From positions 2,589 to 66,588 of the forward strand of contig CAJGBR010000001.1 of NCBI GenBank assembly GCA_904501625.1: DNA of 64,000 bases, read 5' to 3'. Numbering within the stretch: position 1 is the stretch's first letter; each line of letters starts with the position of its first letter. The translations under genes and the position numbers were made by a program. The DNA comes from an uncultured Rikenellaceae bacterium. Lineage in GTDB: Bacteria; Bacteroidota; Bacteroidia; Bacteroidales; Rikenellaceae. The notes under the pieces are model-generated. The model ran no database searches, was not told the DNA's origin, and saw nothing but the letters and a program-made list of their open reading frames with translations. Shown here one piece after another: positions 55,178 to 64,000 of the stretch.

Positions 55178-55215
55178 GTTCAGCTCGTTTACATTTAACG
55201 AGCTGAACTTTTTTA
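55178..55215 (+). terminator. Rho-independent terminator after nrdJ
   Basis: GTTCAGCTCGTT (55178-55189), 7-nt loop, AACGAGCTGAAC (55197-55208), then T6. Confidence 0.88.
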
Positions 55216-55265
55216 TTGCAAAGAAAAAATTAGTGCAAAAATTTTATTAAACAAAAAAAGTTTTT

Positions 55266-55273
55266 TACCTTTG
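55266..55273 (+). promoter_or_regulatory. -7 box TACCTTTG upstream of rplS
   Basis: 80 nt upstream of the ATG at 55354. The leader contains a hairpin. Confidence 0.55.
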
Positions 55274-55353
55274 TGGCCTGAATTTGTGGAAGGAATCTCT
55301 TATGAGGCTAAATGATTGCCCGTAATATTCCCCACGTTAAATAACGACTAAAA

Positions 55354-55722
55354 ATGAACGAACTTATTAAAATTGCCCAAGACGCATTTTGGGAAAAGAA
55401 AGAGTTGCCTAACTTCAAAAGTGGCGACACTATCACAGTTACCTACAAAATCGTAGAAGGTAACAAAGAACGTTTGCAAAGTTTTCGCGGTATCGTTATC
55501 CAACGTAAAGGTGCTGGCATAACTCAAACATTCACTATTCGTAAGATTTCTGATGGTGTAGGCGTGGAACGTATCTTCCCTCTCTACTCACCGCACATCG
55601 AAAGCATCGAAGTAAACAAAGTCGGTGTTGTAAGACGTGCAAGAATCTACTACTTGCGTAACCTCACTGGTAAGAAAGCTAAAATTAAAGAAAAGAAGGT
55701 AGCTTCAAAAAAGGAGGCTTAA
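55354..55722 (+). CDS. rplS: 50S ribosomal protein L19
   Basis: [34 protein letters not shown]...[27 protein letters not shown] is canonical bL19. Confidence 0.96.
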   Translation: MNELIKIAQDAFWEKKELPNFKSGDTITVTYKIVEGNKERLQSFRGIVIQRKGAGITQTFTIRKISDGVGVERIFPLYSPHIESIEVNKVGVVRRARIYYLRNLTGKKAKIKEKKVASKKEA

Positions 55723-55746
55723 TCTTCTTCTTTAACGGGAAGAAAT

Positions 55747-55785
55747 AAAAAACTGCTCGACTCACATCGAGCAGTTTTTTATTTT
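55747..55785 (+). terminator. Rho-independent terminator after rplS
   Basis: AACTGCTCGA (55751-55760), loop CTCACA, TCGAGCAGTT (55767-55776), then a T-run. Confidence 0.88.
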
Positions 55786-55821
55786 TAGCACTTTTTTTAT
55801 TGCAAATATTTTTTTTATTAC

Positions 55822-55829
55822 TACCTTTG
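55822..55829 (+). promoter_or_regulatory. -7 box TACCTTTG, 182 nt upstream of the Na/Pi cotransporter gene
   Basis: TACCTTTG read directly. The long leader contains two hairpins (55877-55892 and 55941-55964). Confidence 0.5.
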
Positions 55830-56011
55830 CAAACGAAAATGAGAAGTGTTATCAATATAATTCCTCAACAAAATTCACCGATTTTCATCGGTCACAACTT
55901 TTCACCCTTTTTTCTAAATCAACATTATGTTAATAAAACCGACACTCTAATGCAATTGAGTGTCCGATTCTTTACTTTCACAAAAAACAATTATAAAATA
56001 TTTACAAATTT

Positions 56012-57721
56012 ATGGTACTACAACTTTTTACGCTAATCGGAGCGTTAGGAATGTTCCTTTATGGAATGAACCTTATGAGTTCAGGACTTCAAAAAACAGC
56101 AGGTAACAGACTGCGAAAGTTCCTGGAAGCAATGACATCAAATCCCCTAAAAAGAGTCGCTACAGGACTCGGGATTACAGCCGTAATTCAATCCTCAAGT
56201 GCGACAACAGTTATGGTTGTCGGTTTTGTTAACGCAAGTCTGCTAACCCTGACTCAAGCCATAGGAGTCATTATGGGTGCCAACATTGGTACAACCATCA
56301 CTGCGTGGTTGATTTCACTGCTCGGATTCAAAATGGACATCTCTGTTCTAGCAGTTCCCCTTATGGCATTGGGCTTTATTCTCAGCATCTCAAAGAAAGA
56401 CAAATTTAAAAATATAAGTGAATTTATCATCGGGTTTGCACTGCTGTTCCTCGGTTTGTCATTGATGAAAAATTCGGTTCCTGATTTGCAACAAACACCA
56501 GAAGCCCTTTCATTCATCTCTAAATGGACAGGCTATGGATTTGGCTCAGTTATGATATTCCTGTTATTCGGTACCATTATGACACTTGTACTGCAATCAT
56601 CAAGTGCGACTATGGCACTGACTCTTATTATGATGAGTCTCGGCTGGATACCATTCGATATGGCTGCTGCAATGGTACTCGGCGAAAATATCGGCACTAC
56701 AATCACAGCAAATATTGCGGCCTCTGTCGGCTCAACAAATGCTAAACGTGCAGCCCTATCACACACCGTATTCAATGTATTCGGTGTAATTTGGGCTCTG
56801 ATTCTATTCAAACCATTCTTAACAATGGTCGGAACAATCATCACCTGGTTAGGTTACCCGAATCCCACGGAAATTGTATACAATGCTACGATCGAAGCCA
56901 ATTCCAATGAATCAACTGCTGCACTTTACGGAGTCTCAATGTTACACACATTGTTCAATACAATCAACACCATCGTGTTGATTGGCTTCACCCCTCTAAT
57001 TGTCAAGATTGTAACGACCATCATAAAAGCGAAAAACGATACTAATGAAGATTCCTTCAATCTTAAGTTCATCAATGCCGGCCCTGTAGGCACTGCTGAA
57101 CTTGCCGTAGGTCAGGCCCGCAACGAAATCGTTCATTTCGCAGAAATTACACGCAAGGGATTCAGTTACGTAAAGCGTGCAATCCACGCCACCGATGAAG
57201 ATGAATTCGAAAAATATCGCAAAAAATTGGTAGAATACGAGGAGATGGCTGACCAGATTCAGTTTGAAATCGCCACGTTCCTTAATGCCCTGCCTCAAGA
57301 TAGCATAAGCGAGGATACCAACTCTCAACTCCGAGCTATGTACAAAATCATTGGCGAACTCGAAAGTTTAGGTGATTCGGGAGAAGCAATCAGCCGAATA
57401 ATCTCACGTCGAAATATTCACAATAAGAAATTCACAGACAAGCAGATTGAAAAAATCGACACTCTATATTCTGTCGTTGACAAGGCTTACTCCATTATGA
57501 TTGAGAACCTGGCAAACAAAACACTAACTCACGCCGAACTGAGACGTGCCGTTGACTGCGAAATCGAGATCAACGATTTGAGAAACAATCTGCGTGAAGA
57601 GGAGATTCTAAAAATCGAAAAGAATGAAACAGATTACCAAAGTAGCACATACTACATCGACCTCATCTCAGAACTTGAACGTATGGGCGACTATATCATC
57701 AATGTTTCAGAAGCATTATAA
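56012..57721 (+). CDS. Na+/phosphate cotransporter family protein (NptA-type with a PhoU-like C-terminal domain)
   Basis: A duplicated membrane motif (QSSSATTVMVVGFV and QSSSATMALTLIM; GANIGTTITA and GENIGTTITA). The soluble helical C-terminal half is about 200 aa. Confidence 0.9.
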   Translation: MVLQLFTLIGALGMFLYGMNLMSSGLQKTAGNRLRKFLEAMTSNPLKRVATGLGITAVIQSSSATTVMVVGFVNASLLTLTQAIGVIMGANIGTTITAWLISLLGFKMDISVLAVPLMALGFILSISKKDKFKNISEFIIGFALLFLGLSLMKNSVPDLQQTPEALSFISKWTGYGFGSVMIFLLFGTIMTLVLQSSSATMALTLIMMSLGWIPFDMAAAMVLGENIGTTITANIAASVGSTNAKRAALSHTVFNVFGVIWALILFKPFLTMVGTIITWLGYPNPTEIVYNATIEANSNESTAALYGVSMLHTLFNTINTIVLIGFTPLIVKIVTTIIKAKNDTNEDSFNLKFINAGPVGTAELAVGQARNEIVHFAEITRKGFSYVKRAIHATDEDEFEKYRKKLVEYEEMADQIQFEIATFLNALPQDSISEDTNSQLRAMYKIIGELESLGDSGEAISRIISRRNIHNKKFTDKQIEKIDTLYSVVDKAYSIMIENLANKTLTHAELRRAVDCEIEINDLRNNLREEEILKIEKNETDYQSSTYYIDLISELERMGDYIINVSEAL

Positions 57722-57750
57722 CAAATTCATAGTACCTTATAATATAATTA

Positions 57751-57785
57751 AAAATCCCGTTTCCATCGAGAAACGGGATTTTTCG
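57751..57785. terminator. Bidirectional terminator between the Na/Pi cotransporter gene (+) and pepE (-)
   Basis: AAATCCCGTTTC (57752-57763), 6-nt loop, GAAACGGGATTT (57770-57781), flanked by an A-run and a T-run. Confidence 0.88.
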
Positions 57786-57806
57786 TTATGCGTATATAAT
57801 GCCAAC

Positions 57807-58517
57807 CTATCGCTTCATCAGGAATGACAAATCGTCAGCAGCTGTATATTCACGAGTCTCCTCTCCATAGTGGAACACTCTCAACGGACGTTTACCAATC
57901 AAAGTAAGTTTTTCGTCCTCAACCAAGAACATACAACCTTCACGCAAACCTGCCACGTACATTTGACGGTTGGCAGCAATATATTCGATAATACGTTGTT
58001 CGCGAGTTTCACCAGCGTGACCATCAGGGTGTGCATCAAGATAGTGAGGGTTAATCTGGAATGGAATTAATCCCAATGTATTGAATGACTGCGGCTCAAC
58101 AATCGGCATATCGTTAGTTGTACACAAAGTCGGACAAGACACATTTGAACCTGCACTCCAACCGATGTATGGAACTCCAGCCAACACACGTTGACGAATT
58201 GCATCCATCACACCTGTTTCTTGCATACATTTCACAAGGTGGAATGTATTACCACCGCCAACAACAATTGCCTTAGCATTACGAACTGCCTCTGCCGGAT
58301 TTTCAAAATTGTGAACAGACTCGATCTTTGCACCAAATTCACTAAAACGATTCTGAACTTTTGTCAGATATTCATCATATGAAAACGAAACCGCAGCATA
58401 GGGAACAAAGATAATTCCATCTTTAATATCACCTAAAAATTCACGAATGTTTTCTTTCGGATATTCGAGATATGCCTCACCGGCATTTGTCGAATTGCTT
58501 ATTAAAAGTAGTCTCAT
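57807..58517 (-). CDS. pepE: Dipeptidase E (S51 peptidase)
   Basis: MRLLLISNS N-terminus, GGGNTFHL, and GWSAGSNV (nucleophile Ser region). 236 aa. Confidence 0.9.
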   Translation of the reverse strand: MRLLLISNSTNAGEAYLEYPKENIREFLGDIKDGIIFVPYAAVSFSYDEYLTKVQNRFSEFGAKIESVHNFENPAEAVRNAKAIVVGGGNTFHLVKCMQETGVMDAIRQRVLAGVPYIGWSAGSNVSCPTLCTTNDMPIVEPQSFNTLGLIPFQINPHYLDAHPDGHAGETREQRIIEYIAANRQMYVAGLREGCMFLVEDEKLTLIGKRPLRVFHYGEETREYTAADDLSFLMKR

Positions 58518-58539
58518 ATATTATTTATTATTTAAAAGG

Positions 58540-59121
58540 TTATTCATTAGGATAGAAAATTCGGTTAATTTCGTTTTCGGCCACAATCGGGAAATATGCA
58601 TACTCAAGAGTATGTATCTTCTGTGCCAAAGAATCGGGAGTTTCACCCAATTCGAGTCGTACAGTTGCCTGCAAAAGAATATCTCCGCTATCGTAACGTT
58701 CATTCACTAGATGCACCGTTATACCAGAGAACTTTTCGCCGGCAGCAACGACTGCCTTATGGACATTATCTCCATACATACCCTTGCCACCGTAGTTCGG
58801 CAACAATGCCGGATGCACATTAATCACCCGACCATCATACTCAGCAAGAATATCTGCAGGCATCAACCACAAAAAACCGGCTAAGATAATGTAATCAATC
58901 TCAGCACTCCGCAGAGTTTCAAGCACTTCGCCCGATCTAAATTGTTCTCGATTGAATGTCAGATGATTAATCCCATACTTACGAGCCCTCTCCAAAACAT
59001 AAGCATCAGCCTTATTTGACAATATCAATTTAACTTTTGCCCTCGATGAATCGGAAAAGTGTCTGATTATATTCTCAGCATTGGTTCCGCTTCCAGATGC
59101 AAAAATAGCTATATTTCTCAT
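58540..59121 (-). CDS. purN: Phosphoribosylglycinamide formyltransferase
   Basis: IAIFASGSGTNAE, INVHPALLP, GITVH.V....D.G.I. The ATG at 59121 is preferred over the TTG at 59127. Confidence 0.94.
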   Translation of the reverse strand: MRNIAIFASGSGTNAENIIRHFSDSSRAKVKLILSNKADAYVLERARKYGINHLTFNREQFRSGEVLETLRSAEIDYIILAGFLWLMPADILAEYDGRVINVHPALLPNYGGKGMYGDNVHKAVVAAGEKFSGITVHLVNERYDSGDILLQATVRLELGETPDSLAQKIHTLEYAYFPIVAENEINRIFYPNE

Positions 59122-59180
59122 AATCAACGTATTAACAAAAAAGATTTAAAAAATGTTGCTAAAAAGTTCTAATTCAATGC

Positions 59181-59188
59181 CAAAGTTA
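59181..59188 (-). promoter_or_regulatory. Possible -7 box (TAACTTTG on the minus strand) for purN-pepE
   Basis: Plus-strand CAAAGTTA, 60 nt upstream of the purN ATG and back-to-back with the acpP -7 box. Confidence 0.45.
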
Positions 59189-59201
59189 TGGAAAAAAGTT
59201 A

Positions 59202-59209
59202 TACTTTTG
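59202..59209 (+). promoter_or_regulatory. -7 box TACTTTTG upstream of acpP
   Basis: 86 nt upstream of the ATG at 59296. Confidence 0.55.
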
Positions 59210-59295
59210 CAAAAGATTCGTTTCAAATATTTGATTTTTTACATTATTTGATTCAGAATAAAAAGAGATTATTGTTGAACTAAAAAAAGAAAAAC

Positions 59296-59535
59296 ATGTC
59301 ACAAGAAGTAGCTTCTAAAGTCGTTGAAATTATCGTAGACAAACTTAGCGTTAACGCGGAAGAAGTTGTACCTGCAGCAAATTTCCAAAACGACCTTGGT
59401 GCAGATTCACTGGACACCGTAGAACTTATTATGGAATTTGAAAAAGCATTTGATATTTCAATTCCAGACGAAGATGCTGAAAAAATTGCAACTGTAGGAG
59501 ATGCAATCACTTACATCGAGTCAAAAAAGCAGTAA
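59296..59535 (+). CDS. acpP: Acyl carrier protein
   Basis: [20 protein letters not shown] contains the phosphopantetheine-attachment Ser. Confidence 0.97.
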   Translation: MSQEVASKVVEIIVDKLSVNAEEVVPAANFQNDLGADSLDTVELIMEFEKAFDISIPDEDAEKIATVGDAITYIESKKQ

Positions 59536-59664
59536 TTCGAATACCGTAAAATGCAATATCAGCTTGTTCTCAGCATAACCAAGTTGGGAACAGGCTTGCA
59601 TTGCGTTCTGAGGTTTTGAACAACTGATTGCAAAGTACAAAAACTATACACTATAATATACATT

Positions 59665-60912
59665 ATGAAACAGAGACGAGTAGTTGTCACTGGCATCGGT
59701 ACACTGAACCCGCTAGGAAATTCCCCTGAAGAATATTTCGATAACCTCGAAAAAGGTGTTAGTGGCGTAGGCCCTATCACCCGTTTTGATGCATCAAAAT
59801 TCAAAACACGTTTTGCTGCAGAAGTCAAGGGATACAATCCGCTGGATCATTTTGACAGAAAAGAGGTTAAAAAATATGACCTCTTCGCACAGTTTGCACT
59901 TGTAGCAGCAGATCAAGCCGTAAAAGATTCAGGTCTTGACCTTGAAAAAACCAATCTCGAAAACGTAGGCGTAATTTGGGCTTCGGGTATTGGAGGTCTT
60001 GGATCATTCTTTAACGAAGTTAGAGATTTTGTCGAAGGAGGTTATACTCCTCGAATGAGTCCGTTTTTCATTCCTCGTATGATCGCCGATATCGCAGCAG
60101 GTCATATCTCGATGAAGTACGGATTCAAAGGTCCGAACTATTGTACAGTATCGGCGTGTGCATCATCAAACCACGCAATCATTGATGCCCTGAATATTAT
60201 CCGCAATGGTCAAGCAGACGTTATCCTGACCGGTGGTTCAGAAGCAGCAATCAACGAACCCGGTATCGGAGGTTTCAACGCAATGTCGGCTATCTCAACA
60301 AGAAATGACGACCCACAAGGAGCCTCTCGCCCATTCGACCGCGATCGTGACGGATTTGTTATGGGAGAAGGAGCTGGTGCATTGATGCTCGAAGAATACG
60401 AACACGCAAAAGCTCGTGGAGCTAAAATATATGCAGAATTGTGTGGCGGCGGTATGAGTGCTGACGCTTACCATATGACAGCTCCGGCATCAGACGGTAA
60501 TGGTGCACGTCGCGCTATGCAGGCAGCACTGCTCGATGCAGGAATGAAACCAGAAGATATCGACTATATCAACACTCACGGAACATCAACTCCGGTTGGC
60601 GACGTAGCTGAAATCTTGGCACTGCAAGCGACATTCGGAGATGCTCTTTACAACATCAATATTGGATCGACCAAGTCTATGACAGGCCACTTGCTTGGTG
60701 CAACAGGTGCAATCGAAGCATTGGCAGGCATTATGGCAATCACAAGAGGCGTAGTTCCACCAACTATCAACCTCCAAAATCGCGATGAAAAAATCGATCC
60801 GAAACTCAACCTCACTGAAAACGTAGCCCAAAAACGCGACGTTCGTGCAGTAATGAGCAACACATTCGGATTCGGCGGTCACAACTCAACAGTTATCTTT
60901 CGCAAATTATAG
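59665..60912 (+). CDS. fabF: Beta-ketoacyl-ACP synthase II
   Basis: RRVVVTGIG, active-site Cys SACASS, His motifs INTHGTST and GHLLGATG, and C-terminal NTFGFGGHN. Confidence 0.96.
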   Translation: MKQRRVVVTGIGTLNPLGNSPEEYFDNLEKGVSGVGPITRFDASKFKTRFAAEVKGYNPLDHFDRKEVKKYDLFAQFALVAADQAVKDSGLDLEKTNLENVGVIWASGIGGLGSFFNEVRDFVEGGYTPRMSPFFIPRMIADIAAGHISMKYGFKGPNYCTVSACASSNHAIIDALNIIRNGQADVILTGGSEAAINEPGIGGFNAMSAISTRNDDPQGASRPFDRDRDGFVMGEGAGALMLEEYEHAKARGAKIYAELCGGGMSADAYHMTAPASDGNGARRAMQAALLDAGMKPEDIDYINTHGTSTPVGDVAEILALQATFGDALYNINIGSTKSMTGHLLGATGAIEALAGIMAITRGVVPPTINLQNRDEKIDPKLNLTENVAQKRDVRAVMSNTFGFGGHNSTVIFRKL

Positions 60913-60926
60913 TCCGATACTGAAAG

Positions 60927-61664
60927 ATGAATTTTCTACTTCGTCCTTTTAAATTAAGGTTCGGAGCAAACAAAGAGTACTATCAGGCAATTAACAATGT
61001 CTTTGGAATTTGTCCTGATAACATTGAACTCTATAAATTGGCACTTATTCACCGTTCGGCCTCAATCACACTCGAAGATGGCCGAACGATGAATAATGAG
61101 CGGTTGGAATTCTTGGGTGATGCCGTTTTAGAATCAATTGTTTCAGACTATTTATTCATAGAATTCCCCGATAAAAGTGAGGGTTTTTTGACTAAACTGA
61201 GGTCAAAAATCGTCAGCAGAAGCACTCTGAACAATATCAGTACCGAGATTGGATTGAGCCGTTATGTCGTTCTGCAACATCACGCTGCCCACTCACAGAA
61301 ACATCTCTATGGAGATGCCTTCGAAGCAATGATTGGTGCAATATATTTAGACAAAGGGTATAATTTCATAAACCGACTTGTCATCAATAAGATTCTGAAA
61401 GAACGTTTCAATATTGATGAACTGATTCAGACAGAGACTGATTTTAAAAGTCGAATCATCGAGTGGGCCCAGAAAAACCATAAACATATAAGATTCGATA
61501 CCGAACCTGATGTTTCGTTTTCTGAAAATATGCCAGTCTTTAAGTCTACCATCGTTATCAGCAATAATGCTGAAAGTTGTGGTGGCGGTTCGTCAAAAAA
61601 AGAGGCAGAACAGGCTGCTGCAAAATTGTTGATGGAGAAAATTAATTCGGGATATGAAATCTAA
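60927..61664 (+). CDS. rnc: Ribonuclease III
   Basis: RNase III signature NERLEFLGDAVL, with DAFEAMIGAIYLD. The C-terminal dsRBD contains GGGSSKKEAEQAAA. Confidence 0.94.
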   Translation: MNFLLRPFKLRFGANKEYYQAINNVFGICPDNIELYKLALIHRSASITLEDGRTMNNERLEFLGDAVLESIVSDYLFIEFPDKSEGFLTKLRSKIVSRSTLNNISTEIGLSRYVVLQHHAAHSQKHLYGDAFEAMIGAIYLDKGYNFINRLVINKILKERFNIDELIQTETDFKSRIIEWAQKNHKHIRFDTEPDVSFSENMPVFKSTIVISNNAESCGGGSSKKEAEQAAAKLLMEKINSGYEI

Positions 61665-62022
61665 ACATAACACAACAAGGATCGGACAGATCGGAGAAGA
61701 TTCCGCTGTCCGATTTTTGTATTCTCAAGGTTTTGAAATCTTAGAACGAAATTGGAGATCGGGACATCTCGAAATTGATATCATTGCAAAAAAAGAGAAC
61801 ACGCTGCACATCATTGAGGTAAAATGTCGCAAGCAGAATAGTTTGACTACCCCCTATGAGGCACTGACTCCAAATAAGTTCAGACTAATTCAAAAGGCAA
61901 CCGAGCAATACATTTTACAGTCTGAAATCGACTGTGAAGTTCAGTTTGACCTGATTGCCGCAACCCACTCTTCTAATGAAGAGTGTCAGATTGACTACGT
62001 ACCAGACATCAGACCTTTCTGA
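61654..62022 (+). CDS. yraN: YraN family (UPF0102) endonuclease-like protein
   Basis: G...E..A..FL...G..IL.RNWR...GEIDIIA......L..IEVK.R pattern. Overlaps the rnc stop by 11 nt. Confidence 0.85.
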   Translation: MKSKHNTTRIGQIGEDSAVRFLYSQGFEILERNWRSGHLEIDIIAKKENTLHIIEVKCRKQNSLTTPYEALTPNKFRLIQKATEQYILQSEIDCEVQFDLIAATHSSNEECQIDYVPDIRPF

Positions 62023-62037
62023 AAATCGGATCCTCGA

Positions 62038-63021
62038 TTACTCGACTACATTCAGATTCGGAGTACGGAAAATCCGAAATTCCCCATTTTCATCATATAT
62101 CAGCAGTGCGTTAATCTCAGGATGTTCGGCAAGAAATTTTTTGGAATTTTCGAGACCGATAATCATAAAAAATGTTCCCAGAGCATCTGCAGTTGCAGCA
62201 TTTTGAGCTAAAACTGTCGCAGACAACAACGAACTCACTATGGGCAATCCTGTCTTGGGATTTATCGTATGAACAATCTTTCGACCAATCGAATCGGTAT
62301 AGAATTTACGATAGTTGCCAGAAGTTGCCAATCCGTTATTATTCATCACTATCTTCTGAATCAAATCATTTCCTGGTAGATAGTTACCTTCACGCGGAGA
62401 ATCAATTCCCACCACCCAAGGTTTATTTGCAAGTTTTTCTCCACGTGCAAAAATTTCACCTCCGATTTCAATCAGATAATTTTTAATTCCGCGTTGATCA
62501 AAAACCTCTGCTAACTTATCAACGGTATAGCCCTGAGCAATAGCATTCAGGTCAATCTGGACTCGCCTGTCCGACCGATGAAGACGATTACCCTCTATTG
62601 CAATCTTGTCATAGCCAACAAATTGCAATAATGAATCGATATTGGGCGATTGAATTGCCTTCTCTCGACCAAAACCATAAGCCCTCACCAATGGCATTAT
62701 CGTAACATCAAAGAATCCGTCACTCAGGCGACTCATCTCGAGAGAGTGATGCAGACAGATTTTCAGATGAGAATCCAATGAATCAGTTTCGCCACGATTT
62801 ATTTTACTCAATAACGAATTGGGATTATAAATTGAAACTGAATTATCAATCTCTTCGAACAACGAATCTATAGCATTACGTAGTCCTATGGTCGTATCTT
62901 GTGCGATAACTATGTGATATGTAGACCCTTGTGCCATTCCATCAATAATTGTGATGTTTGACTTTTGTGCACAACCAACCATTATCAGTACCGAGAGCAA
63001 TACAAGTGATATAGATTTCAT
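62038..63021 (-). CDS. apbE: FAD:protein FMN transferase (ApbE family lipoprotein)
   Basis: Lipobox MVGCA. Also GT.Y.I, D.NAIAQGYTVDK, L.EIGGEI, LATSGNYRKF and H.I.P.TG.P. Confidence 0.9.
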   Translation of the reverse strand: MKSISLVLLSVLIMVGCAQKSNITIIDGMAQGSTYHIVIAQDTTIGLRNAIDSLFEEIDNSVSIYNPNSLLSKINRGETDSLDSHLKICLHHSLEMSRLSDGFFDVTIMPLVRAYGFGREKAIQSPNIDSLLQFVGYDKIAIEGNRLHRSDRRVQIDLNAIAQGYTVDKLAEVFDQRGIKNYLIEIGGEIFARGEKLANKPWVVGIDSPREGNYLPGNDLIQKIVMNNNGLATSGNYRKFYTDSIGRKIVHTINPKTGLPIVSSLLSATVLAQNAATADALGTFFMIIGLENSKKFLAEHPEINALLIYDENGEFRIFRTPNLNVVE

Positions 63022-63057
63022 CTCAATAAAATTAGTTTAAAAGTTAAAAATCAACAA

Positions 63058-63065
63058 CAAAGATA
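63058..63065 (-). promoter_or_regulatory. -7 box (TATCTTTG on the minus strand) for apbE
   Basis: Plus-strand CAAAGATA, 37 nt upstream of the ATG at 63021. Confidence 0.5.
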
Positions 63066-63088
63066 GTGAATCTCCGAGAAATAATCGT

Positions 63089-63096
63089 TATCTTTG
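63089..63096 (+). promoter_or_regulatory. -7 box TATCTTTG upstream of the S46 peptidase gene
   Basis: 26 nt upstream of the ATG at 63122. Confidence 0.5.
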
Positions 63097-63121
63097 GCGT
63101 GGGTATAAAATTTTTTAAATA

Positions 63122-64000
63122 ATGAAGAAATCGATACTTTTTATTCTGTCCGCCCTGCTGGTTGCGGGAGCGCACTTGGAAAGCCGTGCAGATGAAGGTA
63201 TGTGGTTGCCGAGTACAATCAGCAAAACACGCATCAAACAAATGCAACAACGCGGTTTGAAACTCAAAGCTGAAGATTTGTACAACGAAAATGGAACCTC
63301 GCTTAAAGATGCGATTGTATTGTTCGGCACAGGTTGTACCGGGGAACTCATTTCAGGCGAAGGCTTATTATTGACCAACCATCACTGCGGTTACTCTGCT
63401 ATCCAAAGTCATAGTACTGTAGAACACGACTACCTAACCAACGGTTTCTGGGCAATGAATCGCAGTGAAGAATTGCCAACAGGACTGACTGTATCTTTCC
63501 TTGTTAGAATGGAAGATGTAACCGAACAGGTTTTAGCTGGCGTTACAGACCAAATGTCCAAAGAAGAACGTTCAGAATTAATCAACAAAAATTCGGAAGC
63601 TGTTAAAGCAAAGGCTGCTGAGGGCAACTCTTACAAAATTGACATTAAACCACTGTTCTATGGCAATCAATACTTTATGTACGTATTTGAAGTTTTCGAA
63701 GATGTGCGTATGGTAGGAGCACCGCCATCATCAATCGGCAAATTCGGCGGTGATACAGACAACTGGGTATGGCCACGTCATACAGGCGACTTCTCATTGT
63801 TCCGCGTATATGCAGACAAGAACAATCGTCCTGCGAAATACTCTCCGGATAACGTACCTTATCGTCCGAAAAAATTCTTCACACTTGCAACTCAAGGTGC
63901 GCAAGAGGGCGATTTCACATTCGTATACGGATTCCCGGGTAGCACTCAGGAGTATCTGCTCTCTGATGGTATAGATTATATTGCCAATTACAGCGACCCT
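63122..64000 (+). CDS. S46-family dipeptidyl-peptidase (DPP7/DPP11-like), 5' partial, running off the window
   Basis: Not in the ORF track because no stop is reached. Manual translation gives MKKSILFILSALLVAGAHLESRADEGMWLP...GCTGELISGEGLLLTNHHCG...GDTDNWVWPRHTGDFSLFRVY. The ADEGMWL N-terminus and the TNHHC catalytic-His motif are typical of S46. Confidence 0.88.
   Translation, partial: MKKSILFILSALLVAGAHLESRADEGMWLPSTISKTRIKQMQQRGLKLKAEDLYNENGTSLKDAIVLFGTGCTGELISGEGLLLTNHHCGYSAIQSHSTVEHDYLTNGFWAMNRSEELPTGLTVSFLVRMEDVTEQVLAGVTDQMSKEERSELINKNSEAVKAKAAEGNSYKIDIKPLFYGNQYFMYVFEVFEDVRMVGAPPSSIGKFGGDTDNWVWPRHTGDFSLFRVYADKNNRPAKYSPDNVPYRPKKFFTLATQGAQEGDFTFVYGFPGSTQEYLLSDGIDYIANYSDP

Noticed and set aside
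1-64000. Scanned for CRISPR arrays, transposases or IS ends, integrases, phage genes, rRNA operons and large repeats.
   Set aside because: None were seen. All ORFs over 100 aa that are not shadow frames were assigned to conserved families, a few only tentatively. The short repeated intergenic motifs are accounted for by the promoter consensus (for example GCAAAGATA).

Overview
This window looks like core chromosome from a Bacteroidota (Bacteroidales-like) bacterium, not an accessory island. All calls come from reading the sequence and ORF translations and from remembered family motifs; no searches, GC calculations or RNA folding were run.

Evidence for the phylum:
- Many genes and tRNAs are preceded by the Bacteroides-type promoter (TTTG, 19-20 nt spacer, TAnnTTTG).
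- Shine-Dalgarno sequences are almost absent.
- Lineage-typical genes are present: bamD-rpoZ, DUF4251, DUF4294, DUF3108, and S46 and S9 dipeptidyl peptidases.

Gene content:
- **Translation:** rpsF-rpsR-rplI, rplS, and an rpmH missing from the ORF track. prfB is present with the classic CTT TGA C +1 frameshift. tRNA genes are His, Lys(UUU), Lys(CUU) and Asn.
- **Cell division and envelope:** murC-ftsQ-ftsA-ftsZ, bamD, an OmpA-family lipoprotein, an L,D-transpeptidase, and a wza-wzc-cpsB export module.
- **DNA and RNA:** recG, recN, rnc, yraN, a class II B12-dependent nrdJ, trmH, rsgA and an rluB-type pseudouridine synthase.
- **Metabolism:** ispG, purA, purN, coaBC, acpP-fabF, gcvT, aspA, etfBA plus an acyl-CoA dehydrogenase, a flavodiiron protein and apbE.
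- **Peptidases:** two S9 DPP-IV-like enzymes, PepE, and a partial S46 enzyme at the right edge.
- **Riboswitch:** a clear cobalamin riboswitch (about 39213-39398) sits in front of a lone beta-propeller surface lipoprotein.

I found no CRISPR array, transposase, integrase, prophage or recognisable defence operon. I cannot support a claim of a novel multi-gene system here.

The best leads are small-scale:
- the B12 riboswitch with an orphan lipoprotein;
- strong SD-like elements confined to rpsR, rplI and the prfB frameshift site in an otherwise SD-poor genome;
- a predicted NYN RNase fused to a cold-shock domain;
- an in-frame stop in the DUF4251 gene;
- tandem poly-C tracts near a CAT-like gene;
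- a roughly 490 bp non-coding gap upstream of nrdJ;
- structured leaders upstream of rplS and of the Na/Pi cotransporter.
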